Counted from the first letter of the stretch, positions 1-9,042 are shown. The stretch: 64,000 nt of DNA from Vulcanimicrobiota bacterium (GCA_963820825.1 CAWGBN010000002.1:160001-224000); one strand, 5' to 3'. Translations and numbers: made by a program. Notes: generated from the letters alone by a model not told the origin.

Positions 1-441
1 CCAGAGCCTCACTCCCGCAAGCGTATACTCACCCTTTGGATCGAGTTTTGGATCGGTCCGGCCGATCTTGATGCCGGGCGTTTCCAGCGCGCTTTCAAGC
101 GAGGTCTTCCCCGCGGCAACGCCGTCGAAGAGTTGCGCGTAGCGAGAGCTTGGCGACCACGAGATGCCCAAGCTCGTTCCGGCAAAGGTCACCGATGAGG
201 CGACGCGATCGCCGAGCTGCGCGATCAGCTTCGGATTGACGCTGATGAAGACGTCGGGCGAACGGACGCCCGCAATGATGAGGTTCGCCAGCTCTTTGCT
301 GCCGCCGGGCTCCCCCTGGAAGTCGATTCCACGCTCGCGCAACGCCGTTTTGATCGGACCCTCCATCGGGGTAACGAGCGATCCGGCGTAGAGCACGCTT
401 ACCGTTTGGAGCGCGCCTCGCGCTGCGGACGTGCCGAGCAC
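1..441 (-). CDS. Molybdate/tungstate-type ABC transporter substrate-binding protein (ModA/WtpA-like), runs off window edge; start uncertain
   Basis: Not in ORF track; manual minus-strand translation gives VSVLYAGSLVTPM...PDVFISVN...IKIGRTDPKLDPKGEYT, typical of WtpA/ModA-like binding proteins. GTG at 441 used; frame is open further into msrB. Confidence 0.7.
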   Translation of the reverse strand, partial: MLGTSAARGALQTVSVLYAGSLVTPMEGPIKTALRERGIDFQGEPGGSKELANLIIAGVRSPDVFISVNPKLIAQLGDRVASSVTFAGTSLGISWSPSSRYAQLFDGVAAGKTSLESALETPGIKIGRTDPKLDPKGEYTLAGVRLW

Positions 442-452
442 GGCGGAGAGCG

Positions 453-872
453 TTACTCCGGCGGCGACGGCTGAAAGTCGAGCGAAGCCGAGTTGATGCA
501 GTAGCGTGTCCCTCGCGGTCCGGGACCGTCTTCGAAGACGTGGCCAAGGTGTGAATCGCATCGCTTGCAGCGCACTTCAACGCGGTGCATGCCGTGGCTG
601 TAATCGTCGAGAAGCCGGACGTTCTCCTGTTCCTCGGGATGGGTGAAGCTCGGCCAGCCGCAGTGCGATTCGAACTTCGAACCGGCGGTAAAGAGCGGCT
701 GACCGCAGGCACCGCAGAGGTACGTGCCGTCGTCGTTGACCTGCAAGAGCGAGCCGGAGAAGGGCGCTTCCGTTCCGGCCTCGCGCAGAACGTTATAGCG
801 TTGCGGACCGAGGATTGCTTTCCACTCCTCCTCGCTCTTTTGGACTTCGGGGGCTGCGTCGTGCTTCATCAT
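453..872 (-). CDS. msrB: Peptide-methionine (R)-S-oxide reductase
   Basis: [42 protein letters not shown] motifs. Confidence 0.96.
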   Translation of the reverse strand: MMKHDAAPEVQKSEEEWKAILGPQRYNVLREAGTEAPFSGSLLQVNDDGTYLCGACGQPLFTAGSKFESHCGWPSFTHPEEQENVRLLDDYSHGMHRVEVRCKRCDSHLGHVFEDGPGPRGTRYCINSASLDFQPSPPE

Positions 873-933
873 TCCTCCTCACCGTGCATAACGAGCGAAG
901 GCACCAAAGCGATGCGGGGAACAATAGAGCCCT

Positions 934-1122
934 ATGAAGCTGTTCCTCGAGATTCTGCTCTCAATCGTCCTGCACCCGATCGCAATGATCCTCATGTGGA
1001 TCAATCTCTTGGCGCGCGGCGACCTCACGACGTTTCAAAAAGTCGTGTGGTTCGTGGTGAGTATCATTTGGGGGCTCGGACCGATTCTCTACCTCTTGGT
1101 AGCAGAAGGCTCGCTGTGGTAA
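934..1122 (+). CDS. Small two-TM membrane protein (PLDc N-terminal-like)
   Basis: 62 aa hydrophobic; KVVWFVVSIIWGLGPILYLL resembles PLDc_N. Confidence 0.65.
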   Translation: MKLFLEILLSIVLHPIAMILMWINLLARGDLTTFQKVVWFVVSIIWGLGPILYLLVAEGSLW

Positions 1123-1150
1123 GCGAGCCTTCCGACTTTTTGCCGACGGG

Positions 1151-2065
1151 CTAACGCCGCGGAGGACGTCCGCCCCCGCCGCTGACCGGGGCGTGTGCGC
1201 CGCCCGATACCGGGGCGCGCATTCCGCCGGAGACCGGGGCGCGCATTCCGCCGGAGACCGGGGCGCGCATGTTTCCGCCTCCAGGCGGGGCGTTGATCCG
1301 TCCGCCGCGCCAGCCGGGCGGCGGCGGCCGGTATCCGCCGCGATACCCGCCGTAGTATCCCGGGTAGCCGCCGTAGTAGCCGGGGTAACCCCAATAACCG
1401 GGATATCCCCAGTAGCCGGGCCATCCCCAACCCCAGCCCCAGCCCCAGTTGATGCCGAGGCTCAGCCCGTACGGATAGCCGTAACCGCCGTATCCGCCGT
1501 AGCCATAACCGCCGTATCCGCCGTAGCCATAACCGCTGTCGGGATAGTAGCCGCCGCCATAGCCGCCGCCGTAATCGTAGGCCGGGTTACCGTTCGACCC
1601 ATAGTACGGCGAATAGGGCGAGTAAGCTACGTCGACGCGGTTTGCTTGAAACGTCGGGCCGTCGGGGTTGCCGTAGATCGTAACCCGCATCCCTTCGAGC
1701 AGTTTGATGCCCGTCGGGTTGATGACCGTCCCTTGATGCAGCGTGATGTGGTCGGTGTAGCCTTTGTCGTCGTGCATGTAGACGATCCACTGGCCGTCAA
1801 ACCCGCTGACCGTGCCTTTGATCGCATTCTGCCGCCCGTACGCGGGCGCCGGCGGCGGCTGCGCGTAGGTCGGCGTCTGCTGCGGGTAATTCTGCTGCGG
1901 CTCTTGCGGCTGCTGCTGCGGATAGGGCTGCTGCTGCTGCGGATAGGGCTGCTGCTGCGGGTATGGCGCCTGTTGTGCCGAGGCCACCATTGGCCACGTA
2001 AGGCAGGCCGCTGCGCCGAGCGCGGCAACGATTTTCGAGGCGGTCTCGAAGCTTCGCAAACGCAT
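1151..2065 (-). CDS. Secreted Gln/Pro- and Gly/Tyr-rich low-complexity protein with a central beta domain (DUF5666-like)
   Basis: Signal peptide (ASA-Q), QQQPYP repeats, globular segment AIKGTV...FQANRVDV, GYG/GWG/GYP and GGMRAPVS repeats. Confidence 0.8.
   Translation of the reverse strand: MRLRSFETASKIVAALGAAACLTWPMVASAQQAPYPQQQPYPQQQQPYPQQQPQEPQQNYPQQTPTYAQPPPAPAYGRQNAIKGTVSGFDGQWIVYMHDDKGYTDHITLHQGTVINPTGIKLLEGMRVTIYGNPDGPTFQANRVDVAYSPYSPYYGSNGNPAYDYGGGYGGGYYPDSGYGYGGYGGYGYGGYGGYGYPYGLSLGINWGWGWGWGWPGYWGYPGYWGYPGYYGGYPGYYGGYRGGYRPPPPGWRGGRINAPPGGGNMRAPVSGGMRAPVSGGMRAPVSGGAHAPVSGGGGRPPRR
1185..1274. repeat. 24-bp coding tandem repeat (~4 units; GGMRAPVS)
   Basis: accggggcgcgcattccgccggag exact at 1209 and 1233, degenerate at 1185 and 1257. 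Confidence 0.9.
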
Positions 2066-2171
2066 ATGATCCTATTATAGCGCCACGCTCGCTTCAGCGT
2101 GGTTAGAATCCGTGCAAAAAGATGCTCTCCCGCTCTACCGGCCAAGCAAACGTGAAGATCCTCGAGAATAC

Positions 2172-2202
2172 TTGACTCCGACGTTACGTCAGGGGCTAGG
2201 CT
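2172..2202 (+). promoter_or_regulatory. MerR-type promoter with 19-bp spacer and internal dyad
   Basis: TTGACT(2172-2177)-19 bp-TAGGCT(2197-2202); dyad GACGT-T-ACGTC in spacer; directly upstream of a MerR gene. Confidence 0.8.
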
Positions 2203-2220
2203 TGCCGTTGGAGAGGAGCG

Positions 2221-2985
2221 ATGAAGACCGCCATTGCCAATCTACGCCGCGTCAAGGAGTTCGCAAGCGAAGCGGGCGTTACCGTTCGTACGCTGCACCT
2301 CTACGATCGGCTTGGTTTGCTCAAACCCGCGGCCCTGAGCGAATCGGGCTACCGGATGTACGGAGAGGCCGAGCTCGAGCGCCTCGAGCATATTTTGGCG
2401 CTGCGTTTCGTCGGATTCAACCTCGACCAAATCAAGGAGCTGCTCGGAGGATCGCACCGGCCGCTGCTCGTCGCCCTGCGCATGCAGCGAGCGGTCGTCG
2501 CCCGGCAGAAGCGCCGGCTCGAGTCGGCTTTGGCTGCAATCGATGAGGCCGAGCGCGCCCTGTCGCGCGAAGAGCCGGTCGATCTTTGGACGACGCTCCG
2601 TTTCGTGATGGAGTCTTTCAAAATGCAAAACGATTGGGAGTGGACGCAGAAGTATTACTCGAAGGAGGCGCTGCAGCAACTCGAAGAGGTCCGCCAACAG
2701 GTCTCGCCCGATGCAATTGCGCAAGCGCAGCGCGATTGGAGCGTTCTGCTCGCCGAGGTCGAGGAGGCCGTGGCACGCGGCATCGCTCCATCGAGCGACG
2801 AGGCGCAAGCTCTGGCAACGCGATGGCGCGCGCTGCTGCGCCAGTTCACGCAAAGCAACGCCGAAATTCAGAACGGCCTGAATCGCCTTTGGTCGGATCC
2901 CTCCAACTGGCCGGCCGATTTCAAAAGGCCTTGGAGCGACGCCGCCGATGCATTTATCAAAGCAACAATGAGCTGCGCGTCGTAA
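2221..2985 (+). CDS. MerR-family regulator with TipAS antibiotic-recognition domain (TipA/Mta-like)
   Basis: GVTVRTLHLYDRLGLLKP...SGYRMY HTH; C-terminal PSSDEAQALATRW...FT. Confidence 0.92.
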   Translation: MKTAIANLRRVKEFASEAGVTVRTLHLYDRLGLLKPAALSESGYRMYGEAELERLEHILALRFVGFNLDQIKELLGGSHRPLLVALRMQRAVVARQKRRLESALAAIDEAERALSREEPVDLWTTLRFVMESFKMQNDWEWTQKYYSKEALQQLEEVRQQVSPDAIAQAQRDWSVLLAEVEEAVARGIAPSSDEAQALATRWRALLRQFTQSNAEIQNGLNRLWSDPSNWPADFKRPWSDAADAFIKATMSCAS

Positions 2986-3009
2986 CGCAGCGAATATGTG
3001 AAAAGGGAG

Positions 3010-3084
3010 TGGAGCCGTCGATGGGGATTGAACCCATGGCCTCGTCCTTACCAAGGACGTGCTCTACCACTGAGCTACGACGGC
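3010..3084 (-). tRNA. tRNA-Thr(GGU)
   Basis: Reverse complement GCCGTCGTAGCTCAGTGGTAGAGCACGTCCTTGGTAAGGACG...GTTCAATCCCCATCGACGGCTCCA; CCA encoded. Confidence 0.97.
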
Positions 3085-3190
3085 GCTTTTGGTCCGAGAG
3101 CGTTACTCCGCCGGCGGCTTCGGTCCCTACTGCAAGCTAGGGTGCCCCGGCTTACGGGGCGAAAACGCTTGCGATAGGAGGTTTTCTTTA

Positions 3191-3535
3191 ATGCTTCTTT
3201 CTTCCACGATGTTACGCCGGATGGGGATCGCCGTTGCCGCATTCGCGGTACTCGGCGCGACCGCGCTTCCGGGAGCGGCGCAGATGCGTCAGCAAATGGC
3301 CGACAAAGTCGCGACTCAGGCTGCCAACTCGTTCGTGAGCAAGATTAACGGCGAAAGCTGTTCCGATTTTGCAAATACGATGGCGCAGATGAAGCATAAG
3401 TCGGGCGCGACGCCGAGCCCGATGTCCGCGAAACTCAAGGGCAACTCGCAGGCGCGGACGGACTTCGTCAATATCGTCGCCGGGCCGTTGCTCAACAAGA
3501 TGATCGACTGCAACATGATGCCGGGAGGAATGTAG
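3191..3535 (+). CDS. Small secreted hypothetical protein (two Cys)
   Basis: AGGAGG RBS at 3176-3181 before ATG 3191; signal peptide; abuts next gene. Confidence 0.75.
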   Translation: MLLSSTMLRRMGIAVAAFAVLGATALPGAAQMRQQMADKVATQAANSFVSKINGESCSDFANTMAQMKHKSGATPSPMSAKLKGNSQARTDFVNIVAGPLLNKMIDCNMMPGGM

Positions 3536-3868
3536 ATGCGACGCGTTCTTCTCGCCGCGTTGCTTGCGTGCGTTCCGGCGATCGCCGTCGCGGCGGCGCT
3601 CGCGCCTTCGACGATTCTCGCGAATCCGTCGAGCTACGATGGAAAGAGCGTCACCGTCACCGGTAAGGTCGCGCACTTCCAATCCTCGAGCACGCCGATG
3701 GGTCCGGTTGCCGGATTTCAGCTCTGCGATTCCAAGTGCGTCGTGGTGATCGACAAAACGAATCAGTCGCGCAGCGACGGCGCGACCGCAACGGTCAGCG
3801 GCACCTTCCACGTCAGCTTCAAGGGTCCGCGAAAGACCTTCAGCAACGCCATCGTCGTCGGGCGATAG
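3536..3868 (+). CDS. Small secreted protein, probable OB-fold
   Basis: Signal peptide; ILANPSSYDGKSVTVTGKV...ATVSGTF pattern. Confidence 0.75.
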   Translation: MRRVLLAALLACVPAIAVAAALAPSTILANPSSYDGKSVTVTGKVAHFQSSSTPMGPVAGFQLCDSKCVVVIDKTNQSRSDGATATVSGTFHVSFKGPRKTFSNAIVVGR

Positions 3869-3871
3869 CGC

Positions 3872-4828
3872 TTAGCGGCTGGGGAGCGCGCTCACGGTAA
3901 CCCCGTAGAGCTCCTCCCCGTCGAAACGCGAGAGCTGGCCGACGGGATAGCCGCCGGATGGATAGTTCCAGAACCCGATCTTGTTAACGTTCTTCCCGGT
4001 GCCGAACGGCATGATCAGCCTCCCGCCGTTGAGCCAAAACTCGGCGCCCTCAGGCGGCTGCCGGACCGGGCCTTCGAGCGTCACGGTCTCCGCCAGCGTC
4101 GCAATCCTCTTCCGCGGCTCGATCTTGAGCCGATAGACGACGCCCGGAGAGGTGTAGTCGCCCACGGCGAGATCGGTGCCGTCCCATTGTATGTTTCCGG
4201 GCAACCCGATTGCCGCTTTGACGGCGAGCCGCACAAAGTGAACGCCGGCGTAGATGAGCTCGGAGAGCCGGAAGTGATCGCCGTCGTGCAGATGATAACC
4301 GTCGACGAAGAGATCGCCCTTCGCATCGTAGGCACATGCGAACGGATAGTCAACCGCAGCGGCATAGGTCTGCGGTTCGCCGCCGGCGGCCGGATAGATC
4401 ACCACCGTGGGCGGCTCGGTATTCACGACGGCAAGACTTCCGGTTAGAGGATCGACCGAACAGCCGCGCGGCTCGGCGTTGGGATCGTCGAGCACGTCGA
4501 TCGGCGTCGTACCACCGTGCGCGTACTCGACCACCTGATCGTGCCCGGCATTGAAGTTCATCACCCAGACGTTCCCGCTCGCGTCGCTGCAGAGCCCGAG
4601 CGGATATTTATCGTCGGCGAGCGTCTGAACGAGATCGCCCGCGGGATAGGTGAAGACGAAGATCTTGCCGGCCTTCCAATCGCTGGCGTAGAGCAGATCG
4701 CTGCTCGAGCTCGTTGCGGGAGCGGAGCGGCTCTGACTCGCTGCGATCTGCACCTGCGCTCCGGCGCATCCCGCGAGCACGAATGCGGCAGTGCTGACGT
4801 AGAGCGCATATCGCCTCACGCTGCGCAT
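3872..4828 (-). CDS. Lipoprotein with NHL/beta-propeller-like repeats
   Basis: Lipobox LAGC; repeated GLCSDASGNVWV / GCSVDPLTGSLAV / ACAYDAKGDLFV blades; start moved to ATG 4828 because the ORF-track start overlaps tRNA-Gly. Confidence 0.8.
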   Translation of the reverse strand: MRSVRRYALYVSTAAFVLAGCAGAQVQIAASQSRSAPATSSSSDLLYASDWKAGKIFVFTYPAGDLVQTLADDKYPLGLCSDASGNVWVMNFNAGHDQVVEYAHGGTTPIDVLDDPNAEPRGCSVDPLTGSLAVVNTEPPTVVIYPAAGGEPQTYAAAVDYPFACAYDAKGDLFVDGYHLHDGDHFRLSELIYAGVHFVRLAVKAAIGLPGNIQWDGTDLAVGDYTSPGVVYRLKIEPRKRIATLAETVTLEGPVRQPPEGAEFWLNGGRLIMPFGTGKNVNKIGFWNYPSGGYPVGQLSRFDGEELYGVTVSALPSR

Positions 4829-4858
4829 TTCGACACGGCTTACGGGTTTAACTAGCGA

Positions 4859-4932
4859 TGGAGCGGGCGGCGGGAATCGAACCCGCGACTCTTGCTTGGA
4901 AGGCAAGGGCATTACCACTATGCAACGCCCGC
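4859..4932 (-). tRNA. tRNA-Gly(UCC)
   Basis: GCGGGCGTTGCATAGTGGTAATGCCCTTGCCTTCCAAGCAAG...GGTTCGATTCCCGCCGCCCGCTCCA. Confidence 0.96.
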
Positions 4933-5007
4933 AACGCTCGGCGACCTCTTTACCGCAGCCGGTCGCGCAACACCTACGGCGCGGGGTAAAGCCGACGCGG
5001 GAATGTC

Positions 5008-6027
5008 CTAGGGGACGTAGTTGTTCGTGTCTACGGCACTGGACGGCAGCGTCAGGCCGTTGGCGGCGCCGAGCGTCGCGATGAGCGTGCCGCTCGGATA
5101 CTCGAGCACTTGGACGTCGCCGGCGCCGAGATCGGTCACGTAGGCTCGATTATTTCTCCGGTTGATCGTCACGTGGAAGGGATCGTAATAGCCCGACCCC
5201 AGCGTGTGCGTAATCGTCTGATAGGGCGGCGCAATGACGTCTACGGTCGCCGAGAGCTGATCGCAGACGATGAGATCCTTCTGCTTATCGAGCGCCATCC
5301 CGCCGATGAACCCGAGCGGCAGCGGAAGTAAGATTCCGTTGCAGCCCCTCAAACCGTGCTGATACTCGGTAATGTATCCAAGCGAACCGGAGTTATAGCC
5401 GAGGAAGACGTCGCCGCGCTGATCGACGGCAACGCCCTCGGCCGCACCGCCCGGCGAGCAGTGTGCGATCACCGTGTTACTCTTTTGCGCGTACTCGTTG
5501 ACGAAACCGTGACCGTGCGGATAGGCATAGTCGGCTTCATAGACGTTGCCGTTGAAATCGGTCGTCACAGCGACCGGATCCATCATGCGAGCGTTATACG
5601 TAAAGGTCAGCTGCGAGGGCGGTTGGTACTGCGTGATGTCGTTACTCGCGTAGTTTGCCACGTACAGGCCGAAGGTGTCGAGCCAATTGCCGTCGGGAGC
5701 ACTGATCCCGTCGGTGATCTCTCCCTTGTTCGCCCAGGAGTTATTCTTGAGGATCTCAACGGCGTTGCTGGTAAAATCGTCGACGAAGAGCGACGCGCCG
5801 GCGTTCGGCATCACACCGGCTCGCGAAGCCGTTCCCAGCCGTACGAGCGCGAGAAACTTCGGAGCGACGCCGGAACGAGCGGCATCGGCGAGCGCACCCG
5901 GCGCACCAACACGCGCACTCTGCGCCGCGGAGCCGGTCCATTGCGTAGCGGCGCCCGAGCAGCCCGCAAGGACGGCGAAGGCGGTTATTGAAGCCGCGGC
6001 TACGACGGAAAATGAATACTTCTGCAC
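5008..6027 (-). CDS. Lipoprotein with NHL/beta-propeller-like repeats
   Basis: GTG 6027 with AGGAG RBS; lipobox LAGC; blades PVAVTTDFNGNVYEAD, GVAVDQRGDVF, GMALDKQKDLIVCD. Confidence 0.8.
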   Translation of the reverse strand: MQKYSFSVVAAASITAFAVLAGCSGAATQWTGSAAQSARVGAPGALADAARSGVAPKFLALVRLGTASRAGVMPNAGASLFVDDFTSNAVEILKNNSWANKGEITDGISAPDGNWLDTFGLYVANYASNDITQYQPPSQLTFTYNARMMDPVAVTTDFNGNVYEADYAYPHGHGFVNEYAQKSNTVIAHCSPGGAAEGVAVDQRGDVFLGYNSGSLGYITEYQHGLRGCNGILLPLPLGFIGGMALDKQKDLIVCDQLSATVDVIAPPYQTITHTLGSGYYDPFHVTINRRNNRAYVTDLGAGDVQVLEYPSGTLIATLGAANGLTLPSSAVDTNNYVP

Positions 6028-6114
6028 GAGATAACTCCTGCAAGCTTCAGACCGCCCGGAAACTACCCGGCGGGCTGCGATGCGTTCGTCTTTGCGCGAA
6101 GAGCTCCTCGGTCG

Positions 6115-6660
6115 ATGCCCGCGTTTGAGGTGCGCCCCGCGTCGCGCGACGACGTGGAGACCATCCGCCAAATCTATAACGAAGGCGTCGAGGATCGCGT
6201 CGCGACGCTCGATCGCGAGCCGAAATCGCCCGATGAGATGGCGCAATGGTGGGCGGATCATGACGAGCGCCATGCGGTGCTCGTTGCGCTCGATGCAGGC
6301 GAGGTCGTCGGTTGGGCCTCGCTCAATCGGTTCTCTGCGCGCTGCGCGCACGCGAACATTGCCGACCTCTCCGTCTACGTCAAGCGCAGCGAACGCGGCC
6401 GGGGCGTCGGTCGCGAGTTGCTGAAGCGGCTCGTGGAACGCGCGACGCGCGAGGGTTTTCATAAAATCGTTCTTCACGCATTGGACTGCAACGAATCCGG
6501 AAAGCGGCTCTACCGCGGCAGCGGATTCATCGAGGTCGGCGTCTTCAGAGAACATGGGATGATCGACGGAGCATACGTGGACGTCGTCGCGATGGAGCGG
6601 CTCCTGCGATCGTCTTCGCCGGAGGCGGATCTGGGCAGGGCTGGATTCGAACCAGCGTAG
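6115..6660 (+). CDS. GNAT N-acetyltransferase (phosphinothricin/arsinothricin ArsN1-like)
   Basis: IYNEGVEDRVATL, VVGWASL, DLSVYV..RGRGVG, EVGVFREHG..DVVAME. Confidence 0.88.
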   Translation: MPAFEVRPASRDDVETIRQIYNEGVEDRVATLDREPKSPDEMAQWWADHDERHAVLVALDAGEVVGWASLNRFSARCAHANIADLSVYVKRSERGRGVGRELLKRLVERATREGFHKIVLHALDCNESGKRLYRGSGFIEVGVFREHGMIDGAYVDVVAMERLLRSSSPEADLGRAGFEPA

Positions 6661-6716
6661 CGCCTTCGCGCGCCAGATTTACAGTCTGGTGCCATTAACC
6701 ACTCGGCCACCTACCC
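6632..6716 (-). tRNA. tRNA-Tyr(GUA), CCA not encoded
   Basis: GGGTAGGTGGCCGAGTGGTTAATGGCACCAGACTGTAAATCTGG-long V arm-GCTGGTTCGAATCCAGCCCTGCCCA. Confidence 0.96.
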
Positions 6717-6738
6717 ATAGGCCTTTCGCCTTTTCCCG

Positions 6739-6767
6739 TTGTTCTTGGGGGCTCAGCAGGGTACGAT
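6739..6767 (+). promoter_or_regulatory. Candidate sigma70 promoter
   Basis: TTGTTC-17 bp-TACGAT upstream of a foldable leader and the 6910 lipoprotein. Confidence 0.4.
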
Positions 6768-6909
6768 AGGGAGGCTACGGGCTCCTCGGGTTGGTGATGA
6801 CGGTCACCCGCAAAACCTCTCCTCATCGACTTCTCATGTGACCCGCCGTTCGAGTAGCCTACCATGGGAACTGTAGCAAACTCGTCTACGACCCTCGGGA
6901 GTACCTAGG

Positions 6910-7812
6910 ATGGCTCGCTTAGCAGCCCTTGCGGTTGCCGCCCTGACCGGTCTCCTCCTCGCCGGATGCAGCGGGGGTAGTTTTGCTCAGGCCGGGCTCT
7001 CACTGCCCGCCGCCTCAGGCGATGGACTTCAGACCGTGAGCGACGCAGCCGATGCCCTCGACGGGCACCGCAGCTCCGCGACGGCCGACGCCAAGGCCGC
7101 GATCGCCGTGACCGATGCGCTCGGCTCGTTCGTCCGCGACATTGCTGCGGCCCAGCGTTCGTTCGGCCAGGCGGGCACGCAACAGGCGAGGCTTCGCTCG
7201 AATCTCCACTCGATTCGGCAGTACACCGTCGAGGTCAACGGCCGGCGGATCGCCGCCGGATCGGAGCTCATCATGCGGTCGGGGTTGGGCGAGTACTGCC
7301 AGAACTCCGCGGGCTACAGCGTCAGCGGCATTCCTTCGCTCGACGCGACCTTCGGGTGGCAGAGCGGCGCGCTGATCGGCGGCTCCCGGAAGACCGATTC
7401 GCGCGGGGGATCGACCTGGTCGGCAAATGCCAGCGGCGCCGTGGTCCAGGGTGCGATCGGTACCCTATCGATCGCTCGCGGGGGCGCGAGCGCGTCGTGC
7501 CCGATGAGCGCACCGGCCTTCGTTCTGAAGGGCGGGACGGCAGAGAACGCATTTTCCCTTCCGCTCTCGATGGCATTCCGTCGCGGCGACCTGAGCAATC
7601 TCAGCGTCGTCAACGGCCGTTTCGCAAACGGCGAGAACCTCGAGGTCACGACGCGGCCGAACCATCAGCCAGCCGAGGTCGACGGCGTCGTCGCGAAGGG
7701 GCGCACGCAAGTTGCGACCTTCCGCGCCAACGCGTCGGGTTACGGAACGCTGACGATCACCAGTACCGGCGCGCAATACGTCATCGCCGACTGGATCGTC
7801 GTCGGAACTTAA
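6910..7812 (+). CDS. Hypothetical lipoprotein
   Basis: Lipobox LAGC, GGGAG RBS, 300 aa Gly/Ser/Ala-rich. Confidence 0.8.
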   Translation: MARLAALAVAALTGLLLAGCSGGSFAQAGLSLPAASGDGLQTVSDAADALDGHRSSATADAKAAIAVTDALGSFVRDIAAAQRSFGQAGTQQARLRSNLHSIRQYTVEVNGRRIAAGSELIMRSGLGEYCQNSAGYSVSGIPSLDATFGWQSGALIGGSRKTDSRGGSTWSANASGAVVQGAIGTLSIARGGASASCPMSAPAFVLKGGTAENAFSLPLSMAFRRGDLSNLSVVNGRFANGENLEVTTRPNHQPAEVDGVVAKGRTQVATFRANASGYGTLTITSTGAQYVIADWIVVGT

Positions 7813-7830
7813 ACTCCTAACGGCACCGCC

Positions 7831-8187
7831 TTAGTCAGGCGCGACGCACGCGACGCGCTTGCCGGAGGCAAGCGTTACGTGTTTGGCCATGACGGTACTC
7901 TTCGAGGCGTTTACCGTCACGCTCGCACTCTTGCTGCCGCTGGCAAGCATAATCGTTTGGGCGTTGGGGTTTGCATCGTCGATGTCGGAATCGACGCCCG
8001 GGCCCTCGGCCACGCGCAGGTGTCCCAGCGTCAGTGAGATCGCCGCGAGCGTCCCGGCCGGACACGACGAAAGCGCCTGCTTAAAGCCGATGCTCGACGG
8101 CTGCACCGTCACGCTCGACGAGGCGGCGGTGGCACCCAGCCCGACGACGAGCGATAGAACGGCAAACGGTCTTATATCCATCTTCAT
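7831..8187 (-). CDS. Small secreted hypothetical protein
   Basis: MKMDIRPFAVLSLVVGLGATAAS signal peptide; two Cys. Confidence 0.65.
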   Translation of the reverse strand: MKMDIRPFAVLSLVVGLGATAASSSVTVQPSSIGFKQALSSCPAGTLAAISLTLGHLRVAEGPGVDSDIDDANPNAQTIMLASGSKSASVTVNASKSTVMAKHVTLASGKRVACVAPD

Positions 8188-8244
8188 AACGATGCAGTGC
8201 TTTTGCGCGTCACTCCGAGGGCCCTCTCGCCGGGCTTCGAAGTC

Positions 8245-9036
8245 ATGCGGGTGTTTCTTACGCAAGAACTGCATGCACTCATTACGCGCGCCGAGATCGC
8301 CGGGATCCGAAGCAACGTTGCATCGATCCAACGACTCTACCCGCAGACGCATGCCGAGAGCATCGACGTCGCCGACGGAGTCGCCGCCTTTGCCGGCATC
8401 GATTCGCCTCTTTCGAAAGCCTTCGGCATCGGCGCGTTCGAGCCCGTAACCGGCGAGCAGATCGCGAGCGTTTCGGAGTTCTTCGAATCGCGTAACGTCG
8501 TGCCGCGCGTTTTCGTGACGCCGCTGAGCGCCCCGACGCTGGCCCGGGCATTGGCCGCCGCCGGCTATGCGCCCGTCGAGTACGACAGCGTAATGGTCGC
8601 CGTCGCGCCGGAACGTCACGGTCATCGCGACGCTCGAATCGCCGTTGCTGCTGATTTAAAGGCTTGGGCTCGCGCTTCCGTTGAGGGCTTCATCGCGCGA
8701 GACCGCATACATGACGACGCGCTCGCCCGGATCATCGGATCGTCGCAGGACGTCGTTCCACTCGAAGCACGCCAGAACGGTGAAATCGTCGCTACGGCGG
8801 CGTACAGCATGCGCGGCGAGTGTTCCGGGCTCTTCGCCGGATCGACGCTGCGCGAGTTTCGCAACCGCGGTTGGCAGCTCGCCATGATACGCGATCGCAT
8901 CGCTCGCGCACGCGACGCGGGCGCACGCGTTATATTTGCCGCCACAGCCCCCGCCAGCGTTTCCGAGCGCAACTTTCATCGCGCCGGTTTCGTCACGCTG
9001 TACACGCGTGCACGATGGGATCGCATACACGCGTAA
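8245..9036 (+). CDS. GNAT-family acetyltransferase
   Basis: FAGIDSPLSKAFGIG N-domain; GSTLREFRNRGWQ and SVSERNFHRAGF acetyl-CoA motifs. Confidence 0.85.
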   Translation: MRVFLTQELHALITRAEIAGIRSNVASIQRLYPQTHAESIDVADGVAAFAGIDSPLSKAFGIGAFEPVTGEQIASVSEFFESRNVVPRVFVTPLSAPTLARALAAAGYAPVEYDSVMVAVAPERHGHRDARIAVAADLKAWARASVEGFIARDRIHDDALARIIGSSQDVVPLEARQNGEIVATAAYSMRGECSGLFAGSTLREFRNRGWQLAMIRDRIARARDAGARVIFAATAPASVSERNFHRAGFVTLYTRARWDRIHA

Positions 9037-9042
9037 ACCACA

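Noticed and set aside
1185..1560. Short tandem repeats as a CRISPR array
   Set aside because: Units are contiguous, in-frame coding repeats without unique spacers; no cas genes
6772..6900. c-di-GMP-I riboswitch, SRP or 6S RNA
   Set aside because: GCAAA words occur but the remaining consensus elements and spacing are absent by eye
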